From NCBI GenBank assembly GCA_024635455.1, contig JAGXIU010000002.1, positions 236,309-300,308 on the forward strand: a DNA stretch of 64,000 bases, read 5' to 3'. The stretch is from Candidatus Saccharimonadota bacterium. Lineage in GTDB: Bacteria; Patescibacteriota; Saccharimonadia; Saccharimonadales; SLHW01. A model generated the notes under the pieces. It worked only from the letters and a program-made list of their open reading frames with translations. It made no database searches and was not told the DNA's origin. The position numbers and the translations under genes were made by a program. Positions 19,069-29,861 of the stretch are shown here, piece by piece (within the stretch, counting starts at the first letter, position 1; each line of letters begins with the position of its first letter).

Positions 19069-19508
19069 TGCTGCCCAAGCCCATTTCTGGCTACGAGCAG
19101 GCGTAATTCGACTGGTGGCGCACTCGTATTTGGTATGCCTACATCAATCGATATTATTTTTGCGTCATCAATATCGGACAACTCTTCTGTAGCACTGAGG
19201 TCCTCAGTTTGCTGGATAATTACATTTGGCTCATAGGTTATTATTCCAGAGGACCCACCTTCAACCTCAAAGGTGTTATTTGGGAAACAATCATTATCTT
19301 CAGTGATGGAATTAAACTCCAGCGCCCTATCTAGCTCCGGACAAGCGCTCAATACTGCGTAGATCTCATTGTACTGTCGAGCAATGCTATAAGAACGGTT
19401 GACTGCTTGCGTCGCGTTGTATAAACCAAACACAATAATAGGAAAGATTACTGAAGCAACAATAATCTCCATAATACTAAAGCCAGATTGGTTGAGTTTT
19501 TTTAACAT
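19065..19508 (-). CDS. Minor pilin (prepilin-like N-terminus)
   Basis: GFSIMEIIVASVIFPIIVFG. Confidence 0.6.
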   Translation of the reverse strand: MLKKLNQSGFSIMEIIVASVIFPIIVFGLYNATQAVNRSYSIARQYNEIYAVLSACPELDRALEFNSITEDNDCFPNNTFEVEGGSSGIITYEPNVIIQQTEDLSATEELSDIDDAKIISIDVGIPNTSAPPVELRLLVARNGLGQQ

Positions 19509-19526
19509 GCTTATGCCTCATTATAC

Positions 19527-19562
19527 AAAAGAACCTAGGTTTGTCCCTAGGTTCTTTTTTTG
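19527..19562 (-). terminator. Hairpin terminator/attenuator after the major pilin gene
   Basis: GAACCTAGG TTTGTC CCTAGGTTC flanked by A/T runs on both strands. Confidence 0.6.
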
Positions 19563-19584
19563 TGAACCGAATAATCTTAACTGA

Positions 19585-20031
19585 TTATTGTAGGTTGGTT
19601 CGTGTAATGACGTCACCTTCTTCAAGCGTCACAGTTAATGTGTAGCCGTCACAGGTGGTCGTTACGTTGTCACAGCCAGCTGGAGTTGCTTCATACGCAT
19701 ACTGATCTGCAGTTGGTGTGGTTGCTAGCGTGCCGTCAGCAGCATTCGGGTCTTCATAGACCGATTCGTCAAGCCCTTGGAAGTTAGCAGTTCTGAACGC
19801 AGCGTCATTCATATCTGCTTCTGATGGATAGTTCGAAGAGCCTTCAATTGTATAGTAGGCCTCTATCGCTGTTTGCAGTGACTTAACGTCAGACTCTCGT
19901 TTAGCATCACGAGCTCGAGCGTTCGCACCGCCAAGTGCTACCGCAGTAATTGTCGCTAATATACCGATAACGACGATTACAATCAACAACTCGATGATTG
20001 TAAAGCCTTTTTGCTGTAGTTTCGTTTTCAT
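19585..20031 (-). CDS. pilA: Type IV major pilin
   Basis: MKTKLQQKG|FTIIELLIVIVVIGILATI is a class III signal plus a conserved E5. Confidence 0.85.
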   Translation of the reverse strand: MKTKLQQKGFTIIELLIVIVVIGILATITAVALGGANARARDAKRESDVKSLQTAIEAYYTIEGSSNYPSEADMNDAAFRTANFQGLDESVYEDPNAADGTLATTPTADQYAYEATPAGCDNVTTTCDGYTLTVTLEEGDVITRTNLQ

Positions 20032-20150
20032 ATGGTTCCACCCTCCTGAGGTTTTTTATTGTGCTTTAGACCCTACAGATTAGAATCCTAGTGTCATGCT
20101 TGTAATTATAGTCGTAAGCGGGATAACGTCAAGTGCATCTTAGGCTATAA

Positions 20151-21359
20151 CTACTTTATATTTTGGCTAAGTGATGCAATTGGTCCCATCACACTAATTG
20201 CTATGATTCCAACCATAGCCCCGAGGATGACGATCATAATAGGCTCGATGATCGAACTAAGTCCGTCGATTGTTGCCTCTACCTCTTCCTCGTAAAAATC
20301 TGCAACTTTGACCAATATAACGTCAATTTGCCCTGTCTCTTCACCAATGGCAGTCATTTGTGACACGATTGCTGGGAAGTGAGGACTATTTGACAAAGGC
20401 TCTGAGAGTAGCTTACCGTTTTTGACGTCGACCGCTGCATTCTTTAGTTCCTTCTCAATTACCCTATTGCCGATTGCGCCACCAGTGACTTCTAGTGCGT
20501 CAAGCACACCAACACCAGCTGCCATTAGCGAAGAAAAGGTTCGTGCAAAACGAGCGATCGCAATTTTGGTTACAATAGATTTCATGACCGGAGTTTTAAG
20601 GAGTAGGGCGTGAAACTGATACTTACCTTTGGGCGTTTTTATGTAGCGAATAACTAACGTGATTACCGCAAATGCTCCACCCAGCACCAAGAAAACATTT
20701 GAGCGCATAAAGTCACTAATACCGAGCAGTGCTTGTGTATAAACTGGAAGCTCGGCGTCTTCTCCACCGAGATCTTTGAGGATTTCACCAAGTTGCGGCA
20801 TTACAAAAATCATAATCCCGAAGAAAGCAGCGATAGTGATAACTAATATAACTGATGGGTAGGTCATGGCGCTTTTTATCTTCTTGCGCATACTTGCGTC
20901 ACCCTCGAGCTGAACGGCGAGTCGCTTGAGTATTTCATCCAATATACCGCCTGCCTCTCCAGCTCGCACCATGTTTACGTACACATCAGAGAAGACCTTA
21001 GGGTGCTTCTGGAAGGCATCGCCAAGCGAAATTCCGCCCTCAACGTCTTTGGCAATTTCACCAATTGTTCGCTTGAACATATCGTTGGTCGTTTGATCGT
21101 GTAGCGTAACAAAAGCTCTTGTAAGCGGAACTCCAGCTGAGACCATTGTTGATAATTGTCGCGTGAAACCAGCCAGGTCACGTAATTTTACCTTACCTTC
21201 AAATATAGTTATGTTGAGAGATTTTTTTGGCTGTTGAATGCTTAGCGGTCGAGCGCCTTGCTTGGCAAGAGTGTGCGCCAATTCTTCCTTCGAGGTTGCC
21301 TCAGCGGATCCTTTAATTTTTGACCCGTCTTTTTTTATAGCTGTATAGGTAAACTTCAT
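20151..21359 (-). CDS. pilC: Type IV pilus platform protein PilC (GspF family)
   Basis: 402 aa with duplicated GspF-type domains and 3 TM segments. Confidence 0.85.
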   Translation of the reverse strand: MKFTYTAIKKDGSKIKGSAEATSKEELAHTLAKQGARPLSIQQPKKSLNITIFEGKVKLRDLAGFTRQLSTMVSAGVPLTRAFVTLHDQTTNDMFKRTIGEIAKDVEGGISLGDAFQKHPKVFSDVYVNMVRAGEAGGILDEILKRLAVQLEGDASMRKKIKSAMTYPSVILVITIAAFFGIMIFVMPQLGEILKDLGGEDAELPVYTQALLGISDFMRSNVFLVLGGAFAVITLVIRYIKTPKGKYQFHALLLKTPVMKSIVTKIAIARFARTFSSLMAAGVGVLDALEVTGGAIGNRVIEKELKNAAVDVKNGKLLSEPLSNSPHFPAIVSQMTAIGEETGQIDVILVKVADFYEEEVEATIDGLSSIIEPIMIVILGAMVGIIAISVMGPIASLSQNIK

Positions 21360-21364
21360 CGAAT

Positions 21365-23173
21365 TTATGCTTCTGCCGTTACGCGCAGAATCTCCTCGAT
21401 GCTGGTTTGACCACGAAGCGCTTTAATAAAACCATCGATTTGCATGGTAATCATGCCTTCTTTTACAGCTTGCTCCTGGATGTCGTCACTCGTAGCATTC
21501 GATACGATGAGTTTTTGAATCGTCTGAGAATTATTGAGCACTTCGTAGATACCGATCCTGCCTTTGTAACCGATATTGCCACAACTATCGCAGCCGCCAT
21601 CGTGCGGCTTCCATAGTTGTTTTATAGATGATTCGGTCGTACTAAGTTCGCTGGTTGAGTTTTTGCCTTTCGTGTTGTCTTGGCCAATACCGTCTTCCAG
21701 TGCTTTTTCTTCTAACTCGTGCACTTTCTTCATCGTTGCGCCGTCATCTGTACCAAATATATCGTCGATTTTCTTCTTCTCTGCTGCTTCTGGACTTGCT
21801 GGTTCACGACAATCGACGCACAGGCGACGCACCAATCGTTGACCAACGACAGCTCGGACAGTACTAGCTATCAAGAATGGCTCAAGACCCATATCAAGCA
21901 TACGAGGTAGACAGGTCGCTGCATTATTCGTGTGCAGGGTTGCAAAGACGAGGTGTCCCGTCAATGCGGCCTGTACACCTAGTCCCGCTGTTTCTGAATC
22001 ACGAATCTCACCAACCATGATTATGTTCGGATCTTGCCGAAGTAAGGCTCGCAGTCCAGCTGCGAATGTCATATTTGCCTTGGGGTTTACCTGAGTTTGA
22101 TTAGCTCCTGGAATTTTATACTCAACTGGGTCTTCAATCGTAGATATATTGACAGATGGCTTGTTTAGCTTACTGAGAACGCTAAACAAACTGGTTGATT
22201 TACCAGACCCAGTCGGTCCCGTAACGAGTGTCATACCGTGTGGTTGCGTAATGGCTTTATTCAGTAAATCAAGTGAGTGACCCCAATAACCCAGCTCTTC
22301 AAGCGTGATGGGCTTACCAGACTCGTTCAAGATACGCATGACAACCTTCTCACCTTCAGAGATTGGTAGTGTAGAAACGCGCAATGCAAAAACGTCGCCA
22401 CCGACTTGTATTTTGAATCGTCCATCCTGTGGTGCGCGCCGTTCATCAATTTTCAAATTAGCAAGGATTTTTATTCGAGATACGAGTGCATTTTGGACAC
22501 GTTTAGGTAGTTTATTTGCCTCTCGTAGCACGCCATCAACTCTGTAACGTACAACAACGTGGTTCTCGCGCGGTTCAATATGTATGTCACTTGCGCTACT
22601 ACGAATGGCATACTCAATAAGAAGGTTTACTGTTTGGGCAATAGGTGAGTCCTCGGCTAGATCTTCCTCGTCCACCTCATCTTCTTCAACCTCTTCGACT
22701 TCTTCATCAGAGACAACTTTTGTCAGCTCATTACCGATGTTCCCGCGGTATTGATCAAGTGAAGATTGAATGACACTTCGCGTAGCGATGTGAACTTTGA
22801 TAGCATCGCCAAGCTGTTTCTTTAAGAAGCTGAGTGCTTGAATGTCATCAGGGTCCTCCATGGCCAACATCTTCGATCCATCATCCTGAACATCAAATAA
22901 TACCGCAGCGTATTGTCGGGCTATACGCTCTGGGATAAGGCGCAAAATTTCCCGTTTAATCTCCTTTGGTTTGAGTTCTACAAATGGAACATCAATCTCT
23001 TTGGCGTAGAGCTCAGTCATTTCTTTTTCACTGACGATGCCGTTATTTATTGCTAAATCTTGAAGCGGACGTTTTTCGGCTTCTTCTTGCTCACGCAAAG
23101 ACTCGAGCTGGTCTGACTTTACTTTGCCAGCATCAATGAGTAGTTTTTCGACTAATTTATCTGATATACGCAT
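21365..23173 (-). CDS. pilB: Type IV pilus assembly ATPase PilB (GspE family)
   Basis: Walker A GPTGSGKST, MVGEIRD, and a tetracysteine CVDC...CDSC. Confidence 0.9.
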   Translation of the reverse strand: MRISDKLVEKLLIDAGKVKSDQLESLREQEEAEKRPLQDLAINNGIVSEKEMTELYAKEIDVPFVELKPKEIKREILRLIPERIARQYAAVLFDVQDDGSKMLAMEDPDDIQALSFLKKQLGDAIKVHIATRSVIQSSLDQYRGNIGNELTKVVSDEEVEEVEEDEVDEEDLAEDSPIAQTVNLLIEYAIRSSASDIHIEPRENHVVVRYRVDGVLREANKLPKRVQNALVSRIKILANLKIDERRAPQDGRFKIQVGGDVFALRVSTLPISEGEKVVMRILNESGKPITLEELGYWGHSLDLLNKAITQPHGMTLVTGPTGSGKSTSLFSVLSKLNKPSVNISTIEDPVEYKIPGANQTQVNPKANMTFAAGLRALLRQDPNIIMVGEIRDSETAGLGVQAALTGHLVFATLHTNNAATCLPRMLDMGLEPFLIASTVRAVVGQRLVRRLCVDCREPASPEAAEKKKIDDIFGTDDGATMKKVHELEEKALEDGIGQDNTKGKNSTSELSTTESSIKQLWKPHDGGCDSCGNIGYKGRIGIYEVLNNSQTIQKLIVSNATSDDIQEQAVKEGMITMQIDGFIKALRGQTSIEEILRVTAEA

Positions 23174-23290
23174 ACAGGTTATGCTTGATTATATAGGACA
23201 TAGCCGCTCTTGCTAACCCTTTTTCATGAACATAGGTTTGTTATACTTATAAGGAACAGGGAAATAACAGTAACTGAGGAGTATACGTGC

Positions 23291-24340
23291 GTGAGTAAAA
23301 AAGCAACTAAGCAAACCAAACCAGTCGAAAAAGATAAGGCATCAAAGACAGAAGATAGTGGTAAATCAAAGGCTCTTAATTTAGCGCTGGAGACGATAGA
23401 AAAACAGTACGGTAAAGGTTCAATTATGAAGCTGGGCGAGGGCTACGGTGGCCTCGTGGAGACTATACCAAGTGGTAGCCTAAGTCTGGATATTGCTCTT
23501 GGCGGCGGTATCCCGCGTGGGAGAATCATAGAGGTATATGGTCCAGAAAGCTCAGGAAAGACCACGCTTACATTGCACGCTATTGCTGAAGCGCAAAAAA
23601 CCGGCGGTACAGCTGCATTCATTGACGCTGAGCACGCGCTTGACCCACAATATGCCAAACGAATTGGGGTGAATACAGATGATCTTCTGCTATCTCAACC
23701 AGATAATGGTGAACAAGCTCTTGAGATTGCTGAGACGCTAGTACGAAGTAATGCAGTAGATATTATTGTTATTGACTCAGTGGCTGCATTGGTTCCACGG
23801 GCTGAGATTGAAGGTGATATGGGCGATAGCCACATGGGCTTGCAAGCACGGCTCATGAGTCAAGCTTTACGTAAACTAACTGGTGTTATATCGCGCAGCA
23901 AAGCGACCGTAATATTTATCAACCAGATTCGCATGAAGATTGGTGTAATGTTCGGTAACCCAGAAACGACAACCGGCGGAAACGCTCTTAAGTTCTACTC
24001 GTCAGTTCGTATGGATATCCGGCGCATTTCACAGATAAAAAAAGGCGATGAAATCGTCGGTAACCGAACGCGTGTCAAAGTTGTAAAAAATAAGATGGCA
24101 CCACCATTCCGAAGCGCAGAATTCGACATCATGTATAACAAGGGCATCTCGCGCTCAGGTGACGTTTTAGACCTCGCTGTTACTCATGGCTTCATTGAAA
24201 AGTCCGGTCCATGGTTTAGCTTTAATGAGCAAAAATTCTCTGGTCGAGAAAGCATGCGAAATTACTTGCTTGAAAATCCAAAAGATATGGAAGCCTTGGC
24301 TGTAAAAGTTCAAGAGAAAATTAAAGAAGCAGCAGAGTAG
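23291..24340 (+). CDS. recA: Recombinase RecA
   Basis: GTG start 9 nt after [33 protein letters not shown]. Confidence 0.93.
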   Translation: MSKKATKQTKPVEKDKASKTEDSGKSKALNLALETIEKQYGKGSIMKLGEGYGGLVETIPSGSLSLDIALGGGIPRGRIIEVYGPESSGKTTLTLHAIAEAQKTGGTAAFIDAEHALDPQYAKRIGVNTDDLLLSQPDNGEQALEIAETLVRSNAVDIIVIDSVAALVPRAEIEGDMGDSHMGLQARLMSQALRKLTGVISRSKATVIFINQIRMKIGVMFGNPETTTGGNALKFYSSVRMDIRRISQIKKGDEIVGNRTRVKVVKNKMAPPFRSAEFDIMYNKGISRSGDVLDLAVTHGFIEKSGPWFSFNEQKFSGRESMRNYLLENPKDMEALAVKVQEKIKEAAE

Positions 24341-24967
24341 ATGGCAGGGGCTGAGCAAAATCGTATCAGCGCTATAAAGCAACAGGTCAAACGAAGCGAT
24401 AGGTATTCTATATTTATTGATGGTGAGTACACCTGCAGTCTTTCTGAAGGGGCATTATTAGAGACTGGTTTGCGAATTGGCCAAGAACTATCAAAGGACG
24501 AGCTGCATACGCTGAAGGATCAAGCCCAGTCAGACAAGGCATACGATAGAACCATTCAACTGATTGCTCGGCGTCCGAGGAGTGAATGGGAGGTGCGCCA
24601 ATATTTAAAGAGAAAGTCATACGATGAGGTCATTACTCAGCAAACCATTGAACGGCTCCTAGATAAGGGCTATCTCGATGATGTATCTTTCGCTCAATCT
24701 TGGATTCAAAATCGTCGTCTATTAAAACCTAGGAGTAAGCGCAAACTTCGTCAAGAGTTGTTGCAAAAGCGCGTTCCAGAGCAAATCATCACAGACTGTT
24801 TAGCGTACGATGATACTGATGACAAAGAGGTTCTACGGCAACTTATCGAGCAAAAAAGTTCGCAGACACGCTATAAAGATCGCCAGAAACTTATGCGATA
24901 TTTAAGTGGTCAAGGTTTCTCATATGGTGATATAAAAGAGGTGCTCGAAGAAACTGAGGCAGGTTAA
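24341..24967 (+). CDS. recX: RecA regulator RecX
   Basis: Follows recA directly, with a RecX-like helical repeat pattern (SEWEVRQYLKRK..., FAQSWIQNR). Confidence 0.75.
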   Translation: MAGAEQNRISAIKQQVKRSDRYSIFIDGEYTCSLSEGALLETGLRIGQELSKDELHTLKDQAQSDKAYDRTIQLIARRPRSEWEVRQYLKRKSYDEVITQQTIERLLDKGYLDDVSFAQSWIQNRRLLKPRSKRKLRQELLQKRVPEQIITDCLAYDDTDDKEVLRQLIEQKSSQTRYKDRQKLMRYLSGQGFSYGDIKEVLEETEAG

Positions 24968-25491
24968 CCTAGGGCTGGTCGTGGTGTTCGCTGGCCTTTT
25001 ACGGGTGTGAGTTGTAGCGGGTCTTTTACAACAATCCTCGTATCAGTAATTTCAATGATTTGATTTCTATCGATACTTAGCTGACCTTGGCTGAGGTTTT
25101 TGAGCAAGCTCTGACCGACATATAATTTTTTGACATAAAGCGATTCAGAATCAACTGCGTAGTCGAGGACCTTGCCAAGCTTTTTTGTTTTGGTCACGAC
25201 TGTCTTATTCAGTACTTTGAAATCGAGCGCAATAACTTCACGAAGTCTTATCAGCTCATCTTCCTCTACTAGCACGTCGAAATCATCTACTACAAAGCCC
25301 TGTTTTATGTGGTCCCGAATGTCCTGGGAGAGCAGTATAAGCCGTTCTTTGCTAAAGGAGTCGCTGCAAACAAAACCTTCTATCTTTAAGTTATCTGGGT
25401 TGAAAATCGGTGACTCAGCTGTAGCAACAACGCCACCAGTTCGCAAGCTCAAAATACCCTGTTTCATGATTGACTTCGACAATATAAGCAT
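24964..25491 (-). CDS. Hypothetical protein, possibly PRC-barrel-like (two repeats)
   Basis: Start chosen at the ATG preceded by TATAAT and GGGAG. The longer ORF-track start would overlap tsaE. Confidence 0.35.
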   Translation of the reverse strand: MLILSKSIMKQGILSLRTGGVVATAESPIFNPDNLKIEGFVCSDSFSKERLILLSQDIRDHIKQGFVVDDFDVLVEEDELIRLREVIALDFKVLNKTVVTKTKKLGKVLDYAVDSESLYVKKLYVGQSLLKNLSQGQLSIDRNQIIEITDTRIVVKDPLQLTPVKGQRTPRPALG

Positions 25492-25564
25492 AACTACTCC
25501 CATTATAGCGCGTTTAACTACTACTTGACGGCAGTATTTTTTGGCTAGATACTCATATGTGAAC

Positions 25565-26020
25565 ATGAGTAAGAAAACACGAACCACAAAGTCTCCAGAG
25601 GAGACCGAAGCGCTCGCAGAGAAAATTGGCGCAGCCTTACGCGGCGGTGAAGTAATTGATCTTGTTAGTGATATCGGTGGTGGGAAAACTACCTTCGTTC
25701 GTGGACTAGCTCGCGGTATTGGCAGTCACGATGCGGTCGCTAGTCCGACATTTACTTTGAATCGGATCTATCAATCTGAGCAGGTTACTATTCATCACTA
25801 TGACTTATATAGAATCCAGGATGCTGCGTTACTGGAGCACGAGTTACGAGAAGTACTCTCGGATAATCATGCTGTAATTGTTGCTGAGTGGTCTCAAGTC
25901 GTGCAGCACGTATTACCTAGTAAGCGTATAACGATAACTATTACTGCAACCGGTGAAAGCACGCGTGAACTGTGCGTACAAGCTGATTCATTGTTTGCCT
26001 ATATACTGGAGCGTATATGA
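25565..26020 (+). CDS. tsaE: tRNA t6A biosynthesis ATPase TsaE
   Basis: GDIGGGKTTFVRGLARG, ASPTFTL, HYDLYR. Confidence 0.85.
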   Translation: MSKKTRTTKSPEETEALAEKIGAALRGGEVIDLVSDIGGGKTTFVRGLARGIGSHDAVASPTFTLNRIYQSEQVTIHHYDLYRIQDAALLEHELREVLSDNHAVIVAEWSQVVQHVLPSKRITITITATGESTRELCVQADSLFAYILERI

Positions 26021-26409
26021 AGATAATAGCCTTAAAGACTAACGAACCAGAAGCTGAGATAACACTGCTAGACGATAGTGACATAATCGCGAGCTGTCGT
26101 TGGCAAGCCCATAGAGAGTTATCCGACACAATTCACCGGAAAGCAGACGAGTTACTACAGGATGGGCAATGTTCGCTCACTGATATAGATGGGTTGATAG
26201 TCTACAAAGGGCCAGGTAGCTTTACTGGTATTCGGATTGGCTTGGCGTACATGCAAGCGTTAGCCTTAGCCTACCAACTGCCACTAGCGGGGGCAAACGG
26301 TGAGGATTGGATTGCATCTGGCATAGAGCAGCTCAGCCAGTCCAAGAACCTCGCGCCAGTTATTCCAGAATATGGTTCGGCTGCTCGCACGACAACACCG
26401 AAGAAGTAG
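26017..26409 (+). CDS. tsaB: Short TsaB-like t6A biosynthesis protein
   Basis: GPGSFTGIRIGL motif. Overlaps tsaE by 4 nt. Only 130 aa. Confidence 0.65.
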   Translation: MKIIALKTNEPEAEITLLDDSDIIASCRWQAHRELSDTIHRKADELLQDGQCSLTDIDGLIVYKGPGSFTGIRIGLAYMQALALAYQLPLAGANGEDWIASGIEQLSQSKNLAPVIPEYGSAARTTTPKK

Positions 26410-26616
26410 CAAGTTAAACTCGTTGTTTATAAATCAACGATATACTGTCCATCTATTGACAATAAAACAGATGTCAGTATAGTAATAAATGTAGTAATTT
26501 TTAACAAAAAAGGAAACCAAATGCTACCTCCAAAAGCTTCAATAAATTGAGGCTAACAGTTAAAAAACCACATATTTGTGGTATTTACTGAGTTTGATAT
26601 CAAAAGAAAAACTACT

Positions 26617-27639
26617 ATGAACCACCCAAGAAAAAACAGCTACGTTGATAGAGGTAATATGCGCTCGCACGGGCGTAGTCGGCGTGCGCAACGATATGGT
26701 TCTGTCAGTGGTTTTACGCACGAGAGCTCAGATAGGCCGGCGCGAGTAAGTCGAGCCAAGCAAGATAAATCTCCTCAACCTAACAATGACAAGGTGCGGC
26801 GCCATGTATCCAGAGAGAAACCTTCCCGACCTATTACTACCTCCAATAACCGACCAGTCAAGAAATCCAATGTATTACAAAGAAGTGCCGTAAAAAAACC
26901 CCACGATATATTTAACCCACCAAAAAAGTTAGTACTGCCAGCAGCGAAAAAAACGATCGTCCAGACCACACCCTCTCGATCGCGGTATTCGTTTATTGTT
27001 GCTGGGCTATTATTAATGTTTGGACTTACAGGGAGCGCAGTGGCGTACATGATAGAAGCGCGCGATCCCGGCCAGGCGCAAGTATTATCGGAGCAGTCAG
27101 AACAAGAAGCGGCGCGGCCAGAGCAAATCCCACAAGAGTTCATCGATGAATCACCTCGGAGTGCAAGTGAATTACGTGACTATAGTGTAGCTGATGACGA
27201 GCCACGCTTGTTGCGAATGGATGCTATAGATGTAGAGGCAATGATAAAGCAGGTTCAAGTAGATATAGGCAATCGTCTCGTTACGCCTGAAAATATATTC
27301 GATATTGGCTGGTACGAAGGTAGCCGTAAACCAGGAGAGTCAGGCACGGTATTATTAAACGGACATGTCTCTGGCGCTAACGAGCGTGGCGCACTTTACT
27401 ATGCACGTGTTTTGGAGGTTGGCGATACTATCGAGCTAGAACGTGGTGACGGCAAAACCTACACCTACGAGGTACGCAAAAAAGAAAAAATTCCATATAA
27501 GGAAATTCAGACGACATCACTATTGATCCCACACGAAACAGGCAAGAATGGCTTGAATATTGTGGCGGTAGACAATCGTTATAATGTATTGACGGATGAA
27601 TTCCAGGACAGACTCGTAATTTATGCTGTAGAGTTGTAG
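26617..27639 (+). CDS. Sortase-fold protein lacking the catalytic cysteine (membrane anchored)
   Basis: Basic N-terminal region and a TM (FIVAGLLLMFGLTGSAVAY). The sortase-like core is LLNGHVSG...GDTIELERGDGKTYTYEV...LNIVAVD...DRLVIYAVEL. LNIVAV sits where LxTC is expected, and the protein contains no Cys. Confidence 0.6.
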   Translation: MNHPRKNSYVDRGNMRSHGRSRRAQRYGSVSGFTHESSDRPARVSRAKQDKSPQPNNDKVRRHVSREKPSRPITTSNNRPVKKSNVLQRSAVKKPHDIFNPPKKLVLPAAKKTIVQTTPSRSRYSFIVAGLLLMFGLTGSAVAYMIEARDPGQAQVLSEQSEQEAARPEQIPQEFIDESPRSASELRDYSVADDEPRLLRMDAIDVEAMIKQVQVDIGNRLVTPENIFDIGWYEGSRKPGESGTVLLNGHVSGANERGALYYARVLEVGDTIELERGDGKTYTYEVRKKEKIPYKEIQTTSLLIPHETGKNGLNIVAVDNRYNVLTDEFQDRLVIYAVEL

Positions 27640-27829
27640 CATTTTTTTCTCACACATCGTATAGTAAGAGTTAGGAATTTTTGTGAAATTTGAGAGCAAA
27701 ATCCTACAACAACTGTTTTTAATTAACGATAATATTTGATTGTTGAATCTAGTTCTTCTGGTTGACTAATGAAGTGAGAGTGAATGTCAGCGGGTGCACT
27801 AATTCAGTCATTCTTATGAAAGGAATGCT

Positions 27830-29344
27830 ATGGAATTAATAACCATACTGCTTGCAGTAGCTGGTGTTGCTGTTGGATTTGGCGGCAGCCAGGCGATAAG
27901 CAGAAAACGAAATATCAACGCTTCAGAGGCAGCAGAAAAAGAGCTTAAGAAAGCCCAAAAAGAAGCCGAGAAAGAATTAGAAAAAGCGCGTGAAGAAGCC
28001 AAGCAGGTTTCAGAAGAAGCCAAAAAAGACGAAGCTAATCGTCGCAAGGAGATCAAAGACATTGAGCAGCGCTTGATTACTCGCGAGGATAATCTTGATA
28101 AGAAGCTGGACGACCTCGATACGCGTACTGAAAAACTTCGCAAATCAGAAGCTGACGTAGAGGAGCTTAAGGACGCTATCCGAGAGATCCGAACAAAGCA
28201 GGAAGAGAAGCTAGAAAAAATAGCCAAACTTACGAAAAAAGACGCTACCGAGAAACTGCTTCAAATGACAGAGCGAGACGTCAAAGAAGACGTCAAGGGT
28301 CTCATAAACAAGTTACAGGGTGAAGCAAAAGATTTGGCAGAGGAAAAAGCAGCTGCGATTATTGTGAGCGCTATGGAGCGTATGGCGAGTGAAGTGACTG
28401 CCGAGCGAACCGTATCTTCTGTCAAGCTAGAAGATGAGGATATGAAGGGCCGAATCATCGGCAAAGAGGGTCGAAATATTCAAGCCTTGCAACGTGCGAC
28501 TGGTGTCGACATTATGGTTGATGAAACACCAGGCATGATTATACTGAGCAGTTTTGACCCGGTACGTCGAGAAGTGGCTAGAATAGCGCTCGAAATGTTA
28601 CTAAAAGACGGTCGAGTCCACCCCGGTCGTATCGAAGAAGTTGTAGAAAAGGCTCAAAAACAAGTCCAAAAAGAGGTCATGCGAGCCGGCGAAGATGCCG
28701 CTCGAGAGGTTGGTATCATCGGTATTCCGAAGGAAGTGTTACAACTCCTTGGCGAGCTGAAGTACCGAACCAGTTATGGTCAAAACGTTCTCAAGCACAG
28801 TACTGAGATGGCGCACATGGCTGGCATTATCGCTGAAGAGCTCGGCGCTGACGTAAAGATTACCAAATACTCAGCGCTTGTACACGATCTTGGCAAGGCT
28901 CTCACTCACAAGATGGAGGGCAAGCATCACCATATTAGTGCTGAGATGCTCCGCAAGTATGGTGCTCCAGAAGAAGTCGCACACGCCGCAGAGGCGCACC
29001 ACGATGATATAGAAGCGACCACGCTCGAAGCTATGATTATCCGCGTCGTTGATGCAATTAGCGCATCACGACCTGGTGCACGCAACATTAGTGCAGAAAA
29101 CTTCGTTGAACGCATGAAAGACCTTGAGAACGTCGCAAACGGCTTTGAAGGTATTGAGAAATCATACGCCATTAGCGCTGGTCGCGAGGTTCGAGTATTT
29201 GTCAGGCCTGGTGATATAGACGACCTAGCAGCGATTAAGTTGGCTCGGGACATAGCGACGAAGATTGAGTCGACGATGCAGTATCCGGGAACTATTAAGG
29301 TCAACGTGATTCGCGAGACTCGTGCTACCGAATACGCCAAATAG
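27830..29344 (+). CDS. rny: Ribonuclease Y
   Basis: N-terminal TM, K/E-rich coiled coil, KH (GRIIGKEGRNIQ) and HD domain (HDLGKA...). Confidence 0.92.
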   Translation: MELITILLAVAGVAVGFGGSQAISRKRNINASEAAEKELKKAQKEAEKELEKAREEAKQVSEEAKKDEANRRKEIKDIEQRLITREDNLDKKLDDLDTRTEKLRKSEADVEELKDAIREIRTKQEEKLEKIAKLTKKDATEKLLQMTERDVKEDVKGLINKLQGEAKDLAEEKAAAIIVSAMERMASEVTAERTVSSVKLEDEDMKGRIIGKEGRNIQALQRATGVDIMVDETPGMIILSSFDPVRREVARIALEMLLKDGRVHPGRIEEVVEKAQKQVQKEVMRAGEDAAREVGIIGIPKEVLQLLGELKYRTSYGQNVLKHSTEMAHMAGIIAEELGADVKITKYSALVHDLGKALTHKMEGKHHHISAEMLRKYGAPEEVAHAAEAHHDDIEATTLEAMIIRVVDAISASRPGARNISAENFVERMKDLENVANGFEGIEKSYAISAGREVRVFVRPGDIDDLAAIKLARDIATKIESTMQYPGTIKVNVIRETRATEYAK

Positions 29345-29351
29345 TTTCACG

Positions 29352-29861
29352 ATGGTAAAGATGCAATTTAGTAAAGAAGAACACAAGCAGTGGTTTAACG
29401 GCCAGCCACGCAAGCCTATGTCAGCGGCGGTGCTGTTTCTGGATGAGCATGGCAAAGTGCTATTAGTAAAGCCAAACTACAGACAAGACTGGGGCTTACC
29501 GGGCGGAGTGGTAGAACAGTACGAATCTCCACTAGATGGTGCTGTCCGTGAAGTAAAAGAAGAGCTCGGGCTTACTATCGACAGAGTAAGTTTGCAACTT
29601 TGCTCAGTTGACTACAGGTCAGCGAAAGACGACCTTATCGATAAGCTGTATTTTTACTTTCTCGGTGGAATACTTAACACGTCAAGTATATCTCGCATCA
29701 ATTTGCAAGCGGAGGAATTGGACGATATGCGCTTCGTAACCCTTGAGGAGGCTCGCCCACTCCTGAGTGCTTGGACGCATCAGCAGGTAACCCATGCACT
29801 CTCCCCTAATAACCAGCTACGTTACTTTGAGGATAGTGCCCCGATAGGAGATAATCTATAA
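29352..29861 (+). CDS. NUDIX hydrolase
   Basis: Nudix box GLPGGVVEQYESPLDGAVREVKEELGL. The start is uncertain (29322 GTG, 29352 ATG or 29361 ATG). Confidence 0.8.
   Translation: MVKMQFSKEEHKQWFNGQPRKPMSAAVLFLDEHGKVLLVKPNYRQDWGLPGGVVEQYESPLDGAVREVKEELGLTIDRVSLQLCSVDYRSAKDDLIDKLYFYFLGGILNTSSISRINLQAEELDDMRFVTLEEARPLLSAWTHQQVTHALSPNNQLRYFEDSAPIGDNL

Noticed and set aside
23210-23290. Upstream ATG start for recA
   Set aside because: It adds 27 non-conserved residues. The GTG at 23291 has a GAGGAG RBS and gives the usual RecA N-terminus.
27814-28227. 137-aa serine/leucine-rich ORF antisense to rny
   Set aside because: It is the complement of the K/E-rich coiled-coil codons of RNase Y and of low complexity. 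This is a typical shadow ORF.
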